Origin: Candidatus Woesearchaeota archaeon | GTDB taxonomy: Archaea; Nanobdellota; Nanobdellia; Woesearchaeales; GW2011-AR4 | Direction: 5' to 3' | Assembly (NCBI GenBank): GCA_016192985.1 | Contig: JACPTC010000017.1 | Span: 65,766 to 129,765 of the forward strand | DNA length: 64,000 nt | Shown: in pieces, positions 28,473 through 38,576 of the stretch | How the letters are laid out: each line of letters starts with the position of its first letter | Numbering within the stretch: the first letter of the stretch is position 1 | The notes under the pieces: generated by a model | Seen by the model: the letters and a program-made list of their open reading frames with translations, nothing else | The model's database searches: none | What the model was told of the DNA's origin: nothing | Position numbers and translations under genes: made by a program

Positions 28473-30932
28473 TTAATCTCTTGATAAAAAAAATATCTTA
28501 GCAAAATAAAAAGATATAGCCATCAATGTCAAAATAGTTATCAATTTGCCTATTCTGTATGATAGAGGATCAAATATAAATTCTATTTCGTGATGGCCAT
28601 TGTTCAGGTATACAGACCTGAAGATATAATTGGCTCTGTAAATCCTGGCTTCCTTTCCGTTGTCGAAAGCTTTCCATCCAGGATACCATATTTCGCTCAT
28701 GACTAAAAAGCCGGGCTTGTCGGTGTCAACTTCAACTTTGATTTTATTGGGAGAATAGAATGTGACATCTGCTTCTTTAAATGCATTTCCTGTCTGCTTT
28801 AGTTTCACACTTTCTTCCAAAATTACATTCTTTCTTGGGTCAAAATCCCCGCTTTTTAAAATCTCAATGATCTTGCTCCTTTCAGCAACTATATAATTGC
28901 CTACAATGAAGGCTCTTGGCACGAATTCCAGATTTTCATAAACATAATTGGTTTGGAAGCTTTCCAGCTCCAGCATCTTATGTTCCAATTTTTTGTCTGA
29001 ATAGGTCTTCTTGTCGTTGCTGTCATAAACAATTGAAGTCGAGTTGTAAAGAAGTATGTAGTTCTGGTCTTTCAGCTTTTGGGTTGTTATAACATACTTT
29101 ACATTCAGCAAATCAAGCATCTTCTTGTGCCTTATCTCCTTGAAAGGTATTGTCGGGGAAGGAAAAAATGGGAGGCTTGCCATTTCGCTGGCATATTCCC
29201 TGTAATAATACAGCACCATGCCATCATACCCGTTTATGCTTTCAAGATCGTATCTGACAGCAATTTCCTGCGGAATTGATTTTGCCATGTCAAGAAATCT
29301 AAAATAGCCTTTGTCTTTGCTTAAAAAAGAGGGAATCTCATTTTGTATGTAGACATAGTCGCTGCCTTTTAAGTCAATAAAAGGCATGCTAAAGAGCCAT
29401 AAGTCGGCAATTACCAATGCGCAAATTCCTAACTTAAAGTAATCTACCTTAACCTGCTTTTTATACCACAAAAAGAGCAGTAAAGTGCCTATGATAGATA
29501 TACATATGAACAATATTAAATCATGCCGAATTTCACGCAAATTGCTGTCAACCTTCTCTTTATAATACTGCAAAGGTTGAAGCCCCAGCTCTAGTTGGCT
29601 TTTTGAATATTTTGATTCAAGTATGCTGTTTCCTATAGCCATTATCCCATTTTTAAATAAAATAATTCCCGAAAAAATTAATATAGAAAATATTATTGAT
29701 GCCGTTAATATGGCTATCATCCTCCTCAGAAATAATTTGTCCTGCTTGGATTTAATATAGATTAAAAAATCTGCCCCAAAACCAGCTATCAAGGGCATGG
29801 AGAAGAAGTAAAAGAATAGCATCCTTGCCGGAGCCCTTAGGTATCTAAATAATGGAATATAATTATAGAAATAATGATAGAGGGGATTGAACCTTCCAAA
29901 TGATAAGAAAATAGCCACTAGGCAAATAGCAAGAAAAAAGAATGCAAAAACATTTTTTCTTTTAAATGCAAGTAACGATAATATAAGGGGGAAAATACCA
30001 AGATAGATTATTAATTGCCAATATGGAAAGAGGCTCCAGTAGTTGCTGTGAAGAAGCGTTCCAAAGAAGTTAGGACTTACAGACGTTATAAGATGATATG
30101 GCGGAAATGATCCAAGAGTAGAGAAGTCATAGCTCAAACCCCTTGAGCGGGTATCATACTTTAGTATTTCTATTGACGGCAGCAATTGAACTGCAGAAAG
30201 AAAAACTGAAATTAGTAACGCCAAAAAATATATTAAAGAAATGTCCTTTACAGATTTAAAATTTTTTTCATGCTTAATTACTACTAAAATTCTGAATATA
30301 AAATAAACAAATAAGAATAAGTAAGTGTAGATAAGCTTCTGCGTGTGTGCCCCTAAAATAATAAGAGATAAGGATATACCAGTTAAAATTCCATAAACAT
30401 CTTTCCTGCTCTTTATCCCGCATTCAAAAAAGTATAGTGTCAAAGGAAAGAATACCATCATTGGCAATTCATTAGTCAGTCCGGCAAAAATGAACATCAC
30501 AAAGCCGCCATTGAATATGTAAATTACAGATGCTATAAAAGAGCTGAATCTGCTTAAGCCAATCTTTGCTGCATATAAATAAAAAAAAGCTCCAGCAAGG
30601 AAAAAATGGGATATATAGAGAATATTGAACAATAGCGCCATATCTGAAAAAAACATAAACACTGAATTAGGTGGATAAAAAATCTTGGAGAAATGATGCG
30701 CCAAAAAAGGCATGCCTCCAAATGTGTAGGGATTCCAGAGAGGTATTTGACTGAAATTCTGAAAACTGTCGTGTATTAATTCTTTCCAGAGAAGATCTGC
30801 CGCAACTAAGTCGGAAAATGGAGAGTAAATTATATTCATGGGTGATAAAATTGCCTTCCAGAAAAATGCCAACACCAAAAATATTAAAAATAATGAGTAC
30901 TTGTTCTTTTTGAAAAATATTATTAGTCCCAT
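28473..30932 (-). CDS. YfhO-like polytopic membrane protein (putative membrane glycosyltransferase)
   Basis: 819 aa; about 13 N-terminal TM helices, large extracytoplasmic domain, single C-terminal TM (LITILTLMAISFYFAKIFF), as in the bacterial YfhO family. Confidence 0.4.
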   Translation of the reverse strand: MGLIIFFKKNKYSLFLIFLVLAFFWKAILSPMNIIYSPFSDLVAADLLWKELIHDSFQNFSQIPLWNPYTFGGMPFLAHHFSKIFYPPNSVFMFFSDMALLFNILYISHFFLAGAFFYLYAAKIGLSRFSSFIASVIYIFNGGFVMFIFAGLTNELPMMVFFPLTLYFFECGIKSRKDVYGILTGISLSLIILGAHTQKLIYTYLFLFVYFIFRILVVIKHEKNFKSVKDISLIYFLALLISVFLSAVQLLPSIEILKYDTRSRGLSYDFSTLGSFPPYHLITSVSPNFFGTLLHSNYWSLFPYWQLIIYLGIFPLILSLLAFKRKNVFAFFFLAICLVAIFLSFGRFNPLYHYFYNYIPLFRYLRAPARMLFFYFFSMPLIAGFGADFLIYIKSKQDKLFLRRMIAILTASIIFSILIFSGIILFKNGIMAIGNSILESKYSKSQLELGLQPLQYYKEKVDSNLREIRHDLILFICISIIGTLLLFLWYKKQVKVDYFKLGICALVIADLWLFSMPFIDLKGSDYVYIQNEIPSFLSKDKGYFRFLDMAKSIPQEIAVRYDLESINGYDGMVLYYYREYASEMASLPFFPSPTIPFKEIRHKKMLDLLNVKYVITTQKLKDQNYILLYNSTSIVYDSNDKKTYSDKKLEHKMLELESFQTNYVYENLEFVPRAFIVGNYIVAERSKIIEILKSGDFDPRKNVILEESVKLKQTGNAFKEADVTFYSPNKIKVEVDTDKPGFLVMSEIWYPGWKAFDNGKEARIYRANYIFRSVYLNNGHHEIEFIFDPLSYRIGKLITILTLMAISFYFAKIFFLSRD

Positions 30933-30973
30933 TTTTCATAACGTTAACAAAAATAGAAAAGTCCCCCATTTAA

Positions 30974-31795
30974 TTATTTTTTGATTCCTATGACGAACAT
31001 ATCGTTGCTTGTTAAAAAGACAAATGGCCTGCAAGACATAAGCCTTGCCATTAGCCTGAAGATTGGGATCTTTATCAGATCCCTAGTTAGTAAATATTGG
31101 CCACTTCTTAGAATATCTTTCTCAATTACAATTTTAACATTTAGCCCGGATTTCCTTGCCAATCGATAAAAACTTAACGGGTTCATTTCATTGATGTGGA
31201 CCTTTCTTGCAATATTTCTGGAATTCTCAAAATCATCAATTACTGTTTTCTTCCCTACAATTCTAAGAAAAATTTTGGCAAATGGATATATCAGTTTTAT
31301 GAAATATGTATTTGGAGCAGTATGGATAACCACCTTCCCGCGTGGTTTCAATACTCTTTTGGCTTCCTTGAGCATTAGTATGGCTTCATCCTCGTTCAAA
31401 TGCTCTATTATATCTTCCATTAAGATTTTATCGAATGTGTTATTGGCAAATGGGAGATTAGTGGCATTTGCAACAAATGCCTCTGCATTTTTGCTTCTTT
31501 GGGTTAATTTCCTTGCTATTTTTACTGCTTCCTCAGAAAAATCAATTCCTATTGCATTAACACCCCTCTTCGAAGCATTAAATATTATTTCTCCACGCCC
31601 GCAGCCAATATCGAGAAAATGTTCGTCTTTTTTGAGTTCAAGGTACTCCATAGCTTTTTTGAGCCGAAATGAGAGTTCACCTTTTTTAAATGTCTCAAAT
31701 CCTTCACAGTATCTGTTGAGATAATATTCTTTGCCGTAATTTCTTACATCTGAAAAATTTTCAGAAGAATTTTTATTAACCATAAAATTTAGCAT
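30974..31795 (-). CDS. Class I SAM-dependent methyltransferase
   Basis: FLDIGCGRGEIIFNASKRGVNAIGIDFSEEAV motif I/II. Confidence 0.65.
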   Translation of the reverse strand: MLNFMVNKNSSENFSDVRNYGKEYYLNRYCEGFETFKKGELSFRLKKAMEYLELKKDEHFLDIGCGRGEIIFNASKRGVNAIGIDFSEEAVKIARKLTQRSKNAEAFVANATNLPFANNTFDKILMEDIIEHLNEDEAILMLKEAKRVLKPRGKVVIHTAPNTYFIKLIYPFAKIFLRIVGKKTVIDDFENSRNIARKVHINEMNPLSFYRLARKSGLNVKIVIEKDILRSGQYLLTRDLIKIPIFRLMARLMSCRPFVFLTSNDMFVIGIKK

Positions 31796-31870
31796 CTTTT
31801 ACTTAATTTAAAAACTTTCGCAATATTTATAAGTTTGGCCTCTGTTCGTTGAATTCTTTACGAGGTTTAT

Positions 31871-32629
31871 ATGTCGCTATCCGTTGTTATGCCAGTCTAT
31901 AATGAACAGGAGATTATAGGTGAAGTTGTAAGGTCCGTTTACGCAAAAATAATAAACAAAATTCCTGACAGCGAATTCATAATAGTGAATGACTGCAGCA
32001 CAGACAATACCCTAAAAGTACTGAAAAAATTAAGCAAGGAGTTTAAAAAAATCAGGATAATAACTCCCGAAAAAAACGGTGGGCATGGCAAAGCCATACG
32101 CTTGGGCTTTCTAAATGCAAGGAAAGACTGGATATTTCATATTGATAGCGATAATGAATACGACCCTGCTGAATATTGGAAGCTTGACAAACTTAGGGAA
32201 AAATATGACATCATCCTGGGCCATAGGAAGAGTAGAAACGACCCACTGCACAGGCTTGTATTGACTAGAGTAGCGAGACTTATAAATTTCCTTCTTTTTG
32301 GCTCTTTAATCAAGGATACAAACAGCGCTTTTAAGCTGATTAACAGGAAAGCTGCGCAGCATATCATTAGCGTTCTTCCCGAAGATGCCTTTGCATATTC
32401 CATCCTAATGAGCATGATGGGTAGGAATTTGGGCTATAACATTATGGAGATTCCTGTTACCCATTTTGGCAGAAAGTCAGGAAAAAGACACTACCTTGGA
32501 TTGAAACTGGCAAAAGGCGTTATTAGGGGTGGCACAGACATGCTTTCATTGCGGCTCACAGCTTGGAAACTTCCAAACTCTGAATACAAGAAAGCAGAAG
32601 GAATAAAAAACAGTTATGGGCGTATTTAA
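31871..32629 (+). CDS. GT2-family glycosyltransferase
   Basis: LSVVMPVYNEQEII ... IIVNDCSTDNT ... IDSDNEYDP. Confidence 0.75.
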   Translation: MSLSVVMPVYNEQEIIGEVVRSVYAKIINKIPDSEFIIVNDCSTDNTLKVLKKLSKEFKKIRIITPEKNGGHGKAIRLGFLNARKDWIFHIDSDNEYDPAEYWKLDKLREKYDIILGHRKSRNDPLHRLVLTRVARLINFLLFGSLIKDTNSAFKLINRKAAQHIISVLPEDAFAYSILMSMMGRNLGYNIMEIPVTHFGRKSGKRHYLGLKLAKGVIRGGTDMLSLRLTAWKLPNSEYKKAEGIKNSYGRI

Positions 32630-32631
32630 CT

Positions 32632-33999
32632 CTATTGCACATAGCCAGAAGACATCACAGTTCCCCTGATCTCTTCTCCGGCGTCATTTTCCATGCCCCT
32701 TACCTCTGCAAATTTTACAATGTTCCTTTCTCCTATGACCCTAACAAGGTAATTCTTCCATTCAATAATCTGCTGAGGATTTTTGTGTAGGTATGCAGCG
32801 TCCTCCTCTTCCCTTTTGCCGATTGTGTGATAATATTCAAAAGTTGATTCCTTGTCTATGGGGAAGTCAAATCTTTCAGGATCATACCATATCTGGCATC
32901 CTGGCAATGGGACAAAAATATGCATTCCAAAGCTGTCTGCTGGAGCTTTTCTTATAAACTCGGCACTTTCCTCAACAGTCTCTCTTGTTTCTCCTGGCAG
33001 ACCAACAATCATCTGGGCCCTTACTTTGAGTCCCATCTCTTTTGCTAATTTTATGGCGTTCATATTTTCTTCAACAGTTGTCTGCTTTTCAATTATATCC
33101 AGTATCTTTTGGCTGCCAGTCTCAATTCCGTATGTGACCATTCTGCAACCAGACTGATACATAAGCCTAAACAGTTCTTTGTCGGTTCTGTCAGCTCTGG
33201 TCAGGCAATGCCAATCGTACAAAATGCCCTTGTCATGCAGTTCTTTCAACGATTTGCATAATTCAACTACCCTTTTGTCATCAACAATAAATGTGTCGTC
33301 AATAAAGTAGATCCTGTCAACTCCGTACCTTTTATGCACAAACTTTATCTCCTCAATTACCCTCTCAACAGTCTTGTACCTCATCCTTCTTTTGCTGACA
33401 GAGGCTTGAGCGCAGAATGTGCAGTCAAACGGGCAGCCTCTCGCAGTCATTAATTTTGCCTCTTTGTTGTTGGGCGTGGAGCCTATCACAAGGTTTGTGC
33501 CCATCTTGACATAATCATACATGTCAACCATGTCAAAGGCAGGCATAGGAATCTTATTTATATCTTCGACCAGGGGGCAAGTGATTATCCTTTCCCTTCT
33601 CCCTTTTACTATGTCAAGCATAGCCTGCTCTCCTTCCCCCTTGATTGCAATATCGGCTTTTGTATCCCTCAAAGTCCTCTCCGGCTCAACAGTCGGATGA
33701 AAGCCGCCTACTACCACAACAGCATCTGGCTGCCTTTTCTTTATCTTTTCAATTATTTTTATGACGATAGAATAATGCGGGGTCGCGCATGTTATGCCGT
33801 AAATATCCCCATCAGGAATAAACCAATATTTTTCAGGAAAACCTGCTAAATCACAAAAAGTCACATCAATATTATTTACTCTCAAATAAGACGCTATGTC
33901 CAAAAGCCCTAAAGGCGGTTGCTCCCTGTCTGAAAGAAGCCATGGGCTAGGGGGATTTATCAAAACAACTTTTGGCGAAACTGGCAATTCCATGCGCAC
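32632..33999 (-). CDS. B12-binding-domain radical SAM enzyme
   Basis: N-terminal cobalamin-binding-like domain, CxxxCxxC as ARGCPFDCTFCAQ, radical SAM core; 455 aa. Confidence 0.65.
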   Translation of the reverse strand: MRMELPVSPKVVLINPPSPWLLSDREQPPLGLLDIASYLRVNNIDVTFCDLAGFPEKYWFIPDGDIYGITCATPHYSIVIKIIEKIKKRQPDAVVVVGGFHPTVEPERTLRDTKADIAIKGEGEQAMLDIVKGRRERIITCPLVEDINKIPMPAFDMVDMYDYVKMGTNLVIGSTPNNKEAKLMTARGCPFDCTFCAQASVSKRRMRYKTVERVIEEIKFVHKRYGVDRIYFIDDTFIVDDKRVVELCKSLKELHDKGILYDWHCLTRADRTDKELFRLMYQSGCRMVTYGIETGSQKILDIIEKQTTVEENMNAIKLAKEMGLKVRAQMIVGLPGETRETVEESAEFIRKAPADSFGMHIFVPLPGCQIWYDPERFDFPIDKESTFEYYHTIGKREEEDAAYLHKNPQQIIEWKNYLVRVIGERNIVKFAEVRGMENDAGEEIRGTVMSSGYVQ

Positions 34000-34041
34000 A
34001 TAAGTTAAAGTTGCGATATTTAAACTTTTCTGAATTTTGGC

Positions 34042-34233
34042 TCATACTCTCTTTTTTATGCCTTCGAAAATTTCCATAAATTTCCTTCTGTAGAGCCTTT
34101 TAAAAACAGGATTAGGTTCGCCATAGGCTACCCACTCCAAGAATTTTTTCTTCTTTTCCTCATAATCTTTTATTTTTTCTTCATGTTCTGCAATTTTTTT
34201 CCTAAGCTCTTCAATTTCGTCACTCATTTTCAC
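34042..34233 (-). CDS. Small coiled-coil protein (hypothetical)
   Basis: 63-aa K/E-rich ORF; weak support. Confidence 0.25.
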   Translation of the reverse strand: MKMSDEIEELRKKIAEHEEKIKDYEEKKKKFLEWVAYGEPNPVFKRLYRRKFMEIFEGIKKRV

Positions 34234-34287
34234 TAACTTTCATTAAATCTTATTTTAAAAATAATACCTTATATTAATAACTATTGG

Positions 34288-36231
34288 CTAGCTGTAAAGC
34301 TGAAAAATGTTTTTTGGCTTTTCTATATTTTCATTTTCAATGTATATTCTGTGCCATATATCAAAAGATATAATTCCCCATAACTGCCTCCCATAATAAA
34401 GGCTTGATTTTTCATAATTTCTTATTATCTTCCTGATTGCATCTTGGTTGAAGTACCTGCCTTTGCATATGCTCGATTTTGACAATATTGCCTCTGCTGC
34501 TTCTTTCAGGCTTTGCCTAAACCAGACATCCATTGGGACTACAAATGGGTGCTTTTTCCTTTTTAGTATTTCTTTTGGCATCAAACCTGACACAGCTTTT
34601 TTCAGTATATATTTCTGCTCGAGACCGTTCAACTTCAGTCTTGTAGGTATTTGGAATGAGAACTCAGCAAGGTTATGGTTGAGGAATGGCACCCTTGCCT
34701 CAATAGAATGCGCCATTGTCATCTTGTCCATTTTGTGAAGCAAGTGATACGGCAACCTTCTTTTTATGTCAAGGTATATAAGCTTATTAAGGATATTCTT
34801 CTTAGTGCACCCATAAAAATATGGACTTATCTGCTGCGAGTAATCATTGCTCTCCTGCTCAAATGTGTACAGTTCTTTAGAGTAAATCTCTTTTTTCTCG
34901 TCATCGCTGAAGAATGATGTTAGAGTCATGTAACTTTCCTCTTTGTTTTTAAGGTTGTCTACAAAATGATACAGCCTTTCTTTTCCTTTTTCGCCCAGCG
35001 AAGAGGCAAAAGTAAAAAAATTATTAAGAAATTCATTTGGTAACATTTTAATGCACTTGACAGCGCTCTTTAACAAAAATCTCGGTGCTAAATTTTTGTA
35101 CCTTTCCGCCAAAGTCATGAATTTAAATTCGTCATAGCCTCCAAAAAGCTCGTCAGCCCCTTCACCAGTAAGCACAACTGTCACCTCTTTTTTTGTGAAC
35201 TCCGAAAGCAGGTATTGTGCAAGTATTGTTGGGTCATTGTCAAGGTCATCAAGATGCCATATGGCAGATGGCAGATATTTAATGGAATCGGACTTTACAA
35301 TCAGCTCGTGATGGTCAGTACCATAATGCTCTGCCATCAGCCTAGAGTATCTTGACTCATTGAAAGGCTCTTCAGCTTCAAACGCCACGCTGAAGGTTTT
35401 TATATCAGAATCTGTAAATGTTTTCATAAATGCGGTTACAATGCTTGAATCAAGGCCTCCTGAAAGATAAATTCCAAGAGGAACATCGCTTATCATCTGC
35501 ATCCTCACAGACTCCTTGAGAATCTCAACAATCTTTTCTGAATAATATCTTTCAGGTTTGTTTGTTTCTTTGTTTATATCCAAGTCCCAATATTTGCTGA
35601 TTTTAATCTGCTTGTTTTGGTATATCATCAAATGCCCCGGAGCTAATTTCATTATTCCATCAAACATGGTTTGCTCAGATGGAGTGTACCTAAAAGTCAA
35701 ATAATCTGCCAGGGCTTTCCGGTTCACGGCCCTTCTTACTTCATGGTATTTGAGTATAGCCTTAATCTCAGAAGCAAATAGAAGCTTACCCTCAAAATAA
35801 GTGTAATACAATGGCTTTATCCCGAGCCTGTCAACAACCAATAAAATCTTTTTTTTGCTTGAGTCCCAAAGAGCAAATCCAAACATGCCGTTTAAGCTTT
35901 TAACGCAATCATCCCCATATTCCTCATAGCTGTGGACAATAACCTCTGTATCTGCCTTTGTGTAAAACTTATGCCCTTTTTTTTCAAGTTCCTGCCTCAG
36001 CGCTTGAAAATTATAAATTTCTCCATTGAAAACAACACAAACAGATTTGTCTTCGTTGAAAATAGGCTGCTTTCCTGTTGATAAGTCTATTATGCTTAAC
36101 CTTCTCGCGCCAAGACTTACTTTCCTATCAATATAGTACCCTTCCTCATCAGGCCCCCTGTGATAAATGGCCCCATTCATCCGCTTGAGAAGTCCTCTAT
36201 CGTCCCAGTTAAATCCGCAAATGCCGCACAT
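34288..36231 (-). CDS. Asparagine synthetase-like (glutamine-hydrolysing) amidotransferase
   Basis: MCGICGF N-terminal class II GATase nucleophile, SGGLDSS PP-loop; 647 aa. Confidence 0.8.
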   Translation of the reverse strand: MCGICGFNWDDRGLLKRMNGAIYHRGPDEEGYYIDRKVSLGARRLSIIDLSTGKQPIFNEDKSVCVVFNGEIYNFQALRQELEKKGHKFYTKADTEVIVHSYEEYGDDCVKSLNGMFGFALWDSSKKKILLVVDRLGIKPLYYTYFEGKLLFASEIKAILKYHEVRRAVNRKALADYLTFRYTPSEQTMFDGIMKLAPGHLMIYQNKQIKISKYWDLDINKETNKPERYYSEKIVEILKESVRMQMISDVPLGIYLSGGLDSSIVTAFMKTFTDSDIKTFSVAFEAEEPFNESRYSRLMAEHYGTDHHELIVKSDSIKYLPSAIWHLDDLDNDPTILAQYLLSEFTKKEVTVVLTGEGADELFGGYDEFKFMTLAERYKNLAPRFLLKSAVKCIKMLPNEFLNNFFTFASSLGEKGKERLYHFVDNLKNKEESYMTLTSFFSDDEKKEIYSKELYTFEQESNDYSQQISPYFYGCTKKNILNKLIYLDIKRRLPYHLLHKMDKMTMAHSIEARVPFLNHNLAEFSFQIPTRLKLNGLEQKYILKKAVSGLMPKEILKRKKHPFVVPMDVWFRQSLKEAAEAILSKSSICKGRYFNQDAIRKIIRNYEKSSLYYGRQLWGIISFDIWHRIYIENENIEKPKNIFQLYS

Positions 36232-36255
36232 TATGCCACTGCAAAAAATTGTTGT

Positions 36256-37572
36256 TTATAAATTATTTTCTTTTAGCAAGTCTTTCGCAGCATCAATTCC
36301 GGTCCTGATGACATTATTGACATTCCTGCTATTTGGGTATATCTTAAAGCTTCCGGCAAAATACAAGTTTCTAGCATTTTCTATTTTTTTCATATTTTCT
36401 TCATAGCCTTGTAAAAATATTGGAGTTGCGTATCTCTCTTTAGACAGTTTGAACCACAAAATATCCTTTCTATTCATATGCGGGAACATTTTTTGCAAGC
36501 CTGACAAATAAGCCTTCTTTATTGAACTTTCATTTACTTTCCAGAATTCATGCTCTGGAGACACATAGTTAAAGATGTAAACAATATGGAAATTCTTGTA
36601 ATTTCTGCTTGGAATGAAATTTGTATGTTCTATAACACCATGAAATGGCAGATCTGCAGATGATACATTAATCCAGTAATAGTCGCTCAATCTTCTCTTC
36701 AGCCCTATTGTGGCGCATATAACTGCCTGATATTTTATTTTTTTAATGCAATGCATTAATTTTCCTGGAAAATTTTTGGCTATTCTGCTGAATATTTCTA
36801 ATGGCAAGGTATTAATAACATAATCAGCTTCAATAATCTTGATTTTGTTGCTTTTGCTTATCTTTATTATGTACCTGTCTTTGCTGTATCTGATTTCCAC
36901 TATATCTGAATTGTAAATTATCTCTGATTTTGCCCTTATTCTATTATACAATGCTTTTATCAGCGAATTATAACCTCCTTCCATATAGCCAAGCTTTTCT
37001 GAAACAAGACTTTTGCTCCTTGATTTTGCCCTTGCATGCAGCCTCCCATAAACAAACGCAGCAGACGCATTGTCTATTGACATAGCAAATTTTATTTTTA
37101 GCATTGGCCTGAAAATCTTTTCATATGCGTCACGCCCAAATACCCCAATCAGCCATTTTTCAGCGCTGACCTTGTCAAGATTCCCATAATCCCTGTTTTT
37201 TGCTATTTTCAGCATACTGAGCCCGAATTTTATGCGGTCCATGAATGCCAAAGGCTTGAAACGCAAAATGTCTAATGGGCTTGTGAACCCGTACAGCTTA
37301 TTTTTATAATAAAATCCCATTTTTGTTTTTCTCCAGATAAACTTATCTTTAATTCCTAGCTCTTTTGCAAGCTGAAAAACCAGCTCATCTGTAGGGAAAA
37401 AATGGTGATAAAACCTTTCAATGTAGAAGCCGTCAATCTTGTAGCTGGAAGCAAGGCCTCCTATATTTTTGCCCTTTTCTATAATTGTTGTATTAAAGTT
37501 ATGCTTTGCCAACTCGTATGCTGCTCCAAGTGCAGATGCGCCTCCTCCAAGAACTACTATTTTTTCCGCCAT
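36256..37572 (-). CDS. FAD/NAD(P)-binding oxidoreductase (amine-oxidase/desaturase-like fold)
   Basis: VVLGGGASALGAAYELAKH dinucleotide-binding motif ... EKGKNIGG; 438 aa. Confidence 0.55.
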   Translation of the reverse strand: MAEKIVVLGGGASALGAAYELAKHNFNTTIIEKGKNIGGLASSYKIDGFYIERFYHHFFPTDELVFQLAKELGIKDKFIWRKTKMGFYYKNKLYGFTSPLDILRFKPLAFMDRIKFGLSMLKIAKNRDYGNLDKVSAEKWLIGVFGRDAYEKIFRPMLKIKFAMSIDNASAAFVYGRLHARAKSRSKSLVSEKLGYMEGGYNSLIKALYNRIRAKSEIIYNSDIVEIRYSKDRYIIKISKSNKIKIIEADYVINTLPLEIFSRIAKNFPGKLMHCIKKIKYQAVICATIGLKRRLSDYYWINVSSADLPFHGVIEHTNFIPSRNYKNFHIVYIFNYVSPEHEFWKVNESSIKKAYLSGLQKMFPHMNRKDILWFKLSKERYATPIFLQGYEENMKKIENARNLYFAGSFKIYPNSRNVNNVIRTGIDAAKDLLKENNL

Positions 37573-37576
37573 AACT

Positions 37577-38563
37577 TCATTGTAGTATCTCTCTTATTAT
37601 ATAACCCTTAGTTTGGCTCCTTGAATAATAGATTCTAATAGTCAGCTCTGCTAAAAATCCAAAAATAACAAAAAGAATCCCTATGATAATCAGAAATCCT
37701 GAAAAAAGAAGAAGAGGCCCAAACTGGACAAACTGGCCGGTATTCAAATATTTTCTGTACAAATCCCAAACCTTAACAACGCCAATCAATACCCCCAGAA
37801 TTATCTGGAAAAGTCCCAATAAACCGAAAAAATGCAATGGCCTTGAGCCGTACTTCATCAGGAAACGTATGTATAGGAGGTCTAAAAAGCCTTTTAGCAG
37901 CCTGTCAATTCCGTACTTGCTTTTTCCATACTCTCTTTTGTTGTGCTTTACCTTTATCTCTCCGATTTTAAATCCCCTTATGGCGATTAATGCAGGTATA
38001 TAGCGATGCATTTCTCCATATAACTCCAAATCATTAACTGACTCTTTTTTATAAGCTTTCAAGCTGCAGCCGCTGTCATGTATGTCTAAACCCGTCAGTT
38101 TTCTGTGCAACCAGTTTGATATTCTTGAAGGCACTGTTTTTGATAACGGATCTTGCCGCTTATCCCTCCAACCAGAAACAACGTCATAGCCTTCGTCCAT
38201 TTTAGCCAGTAATCTTGGAATGTCCTCTGGGTCATTTTGTAAGTCAGCATCTATCACAATGAGCACATTTCCCTTTGCATTAGAAAAGCCGGCATTTATT
38301 GCAGCACTCTGCCCAAAATTTTTTCTTAGAACTATTATCCTGATGCTTTTGTCTTTTCTCTGCAAAGCCTTTAGCCTTTCAAGGCTTCTGTCAGTGCTGC
38401 CGTCATCCACGAATACAATTTCACAGGACATTTTTAATTTGGACATGGCATGTTTGATTTTTTTGTGTAAAGAAAGTATGCTGTCCTGTTCGTTATATAA
38501 CGGTATTATTATTGACAAATCTAACCCATTTTTCATATACTCAAGTTTTCTTAATATGTTCAT
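37577..38563 (-). CDS. GT2 glycosyltransferase with C-terminal TM helices (GtrB/ArnC/Dpm-type polyprenyl-phosphate sugar transferase)
   Basis: LSIIIPLYNEQDSI ... IVFVDDGSTDRS ... DADLQNDPEDI plus two C-terminal hydrophobic helices. Confidence 0.7.
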   Translation of the reverse strand: MNILRKLEYMKNGLDLSIIIPLYNEQDSILSLHKKIKHAMSKLKMSCEIVFVDDGSTDRSLERLKALQRKDKSIRIIVLRKNFGQSAAINAGFSNAKGNVLIVIDADLQNDPEDIPRLLAKMDEGYDVVSGWRDKRQDPLSKTVPSRISNWLHRKLTGLDIHDSGCSLKAYKKESVNDLELYGEMHRYIPALIAIRGFKIGEIKVKHNKREYGKSKYGIDRLLKGFLDLLYIRFLMKYGSRPLHFFGLLGLFQIILGVLIGVVKVWDLYRKYLNTGQFVQFGPLLLFSGFLIIIGILFVIFGFLAELTIRIYYSRSQTKGYIIREILQ

Positions 38564-38576
38564 AAATCTTTTGGTG

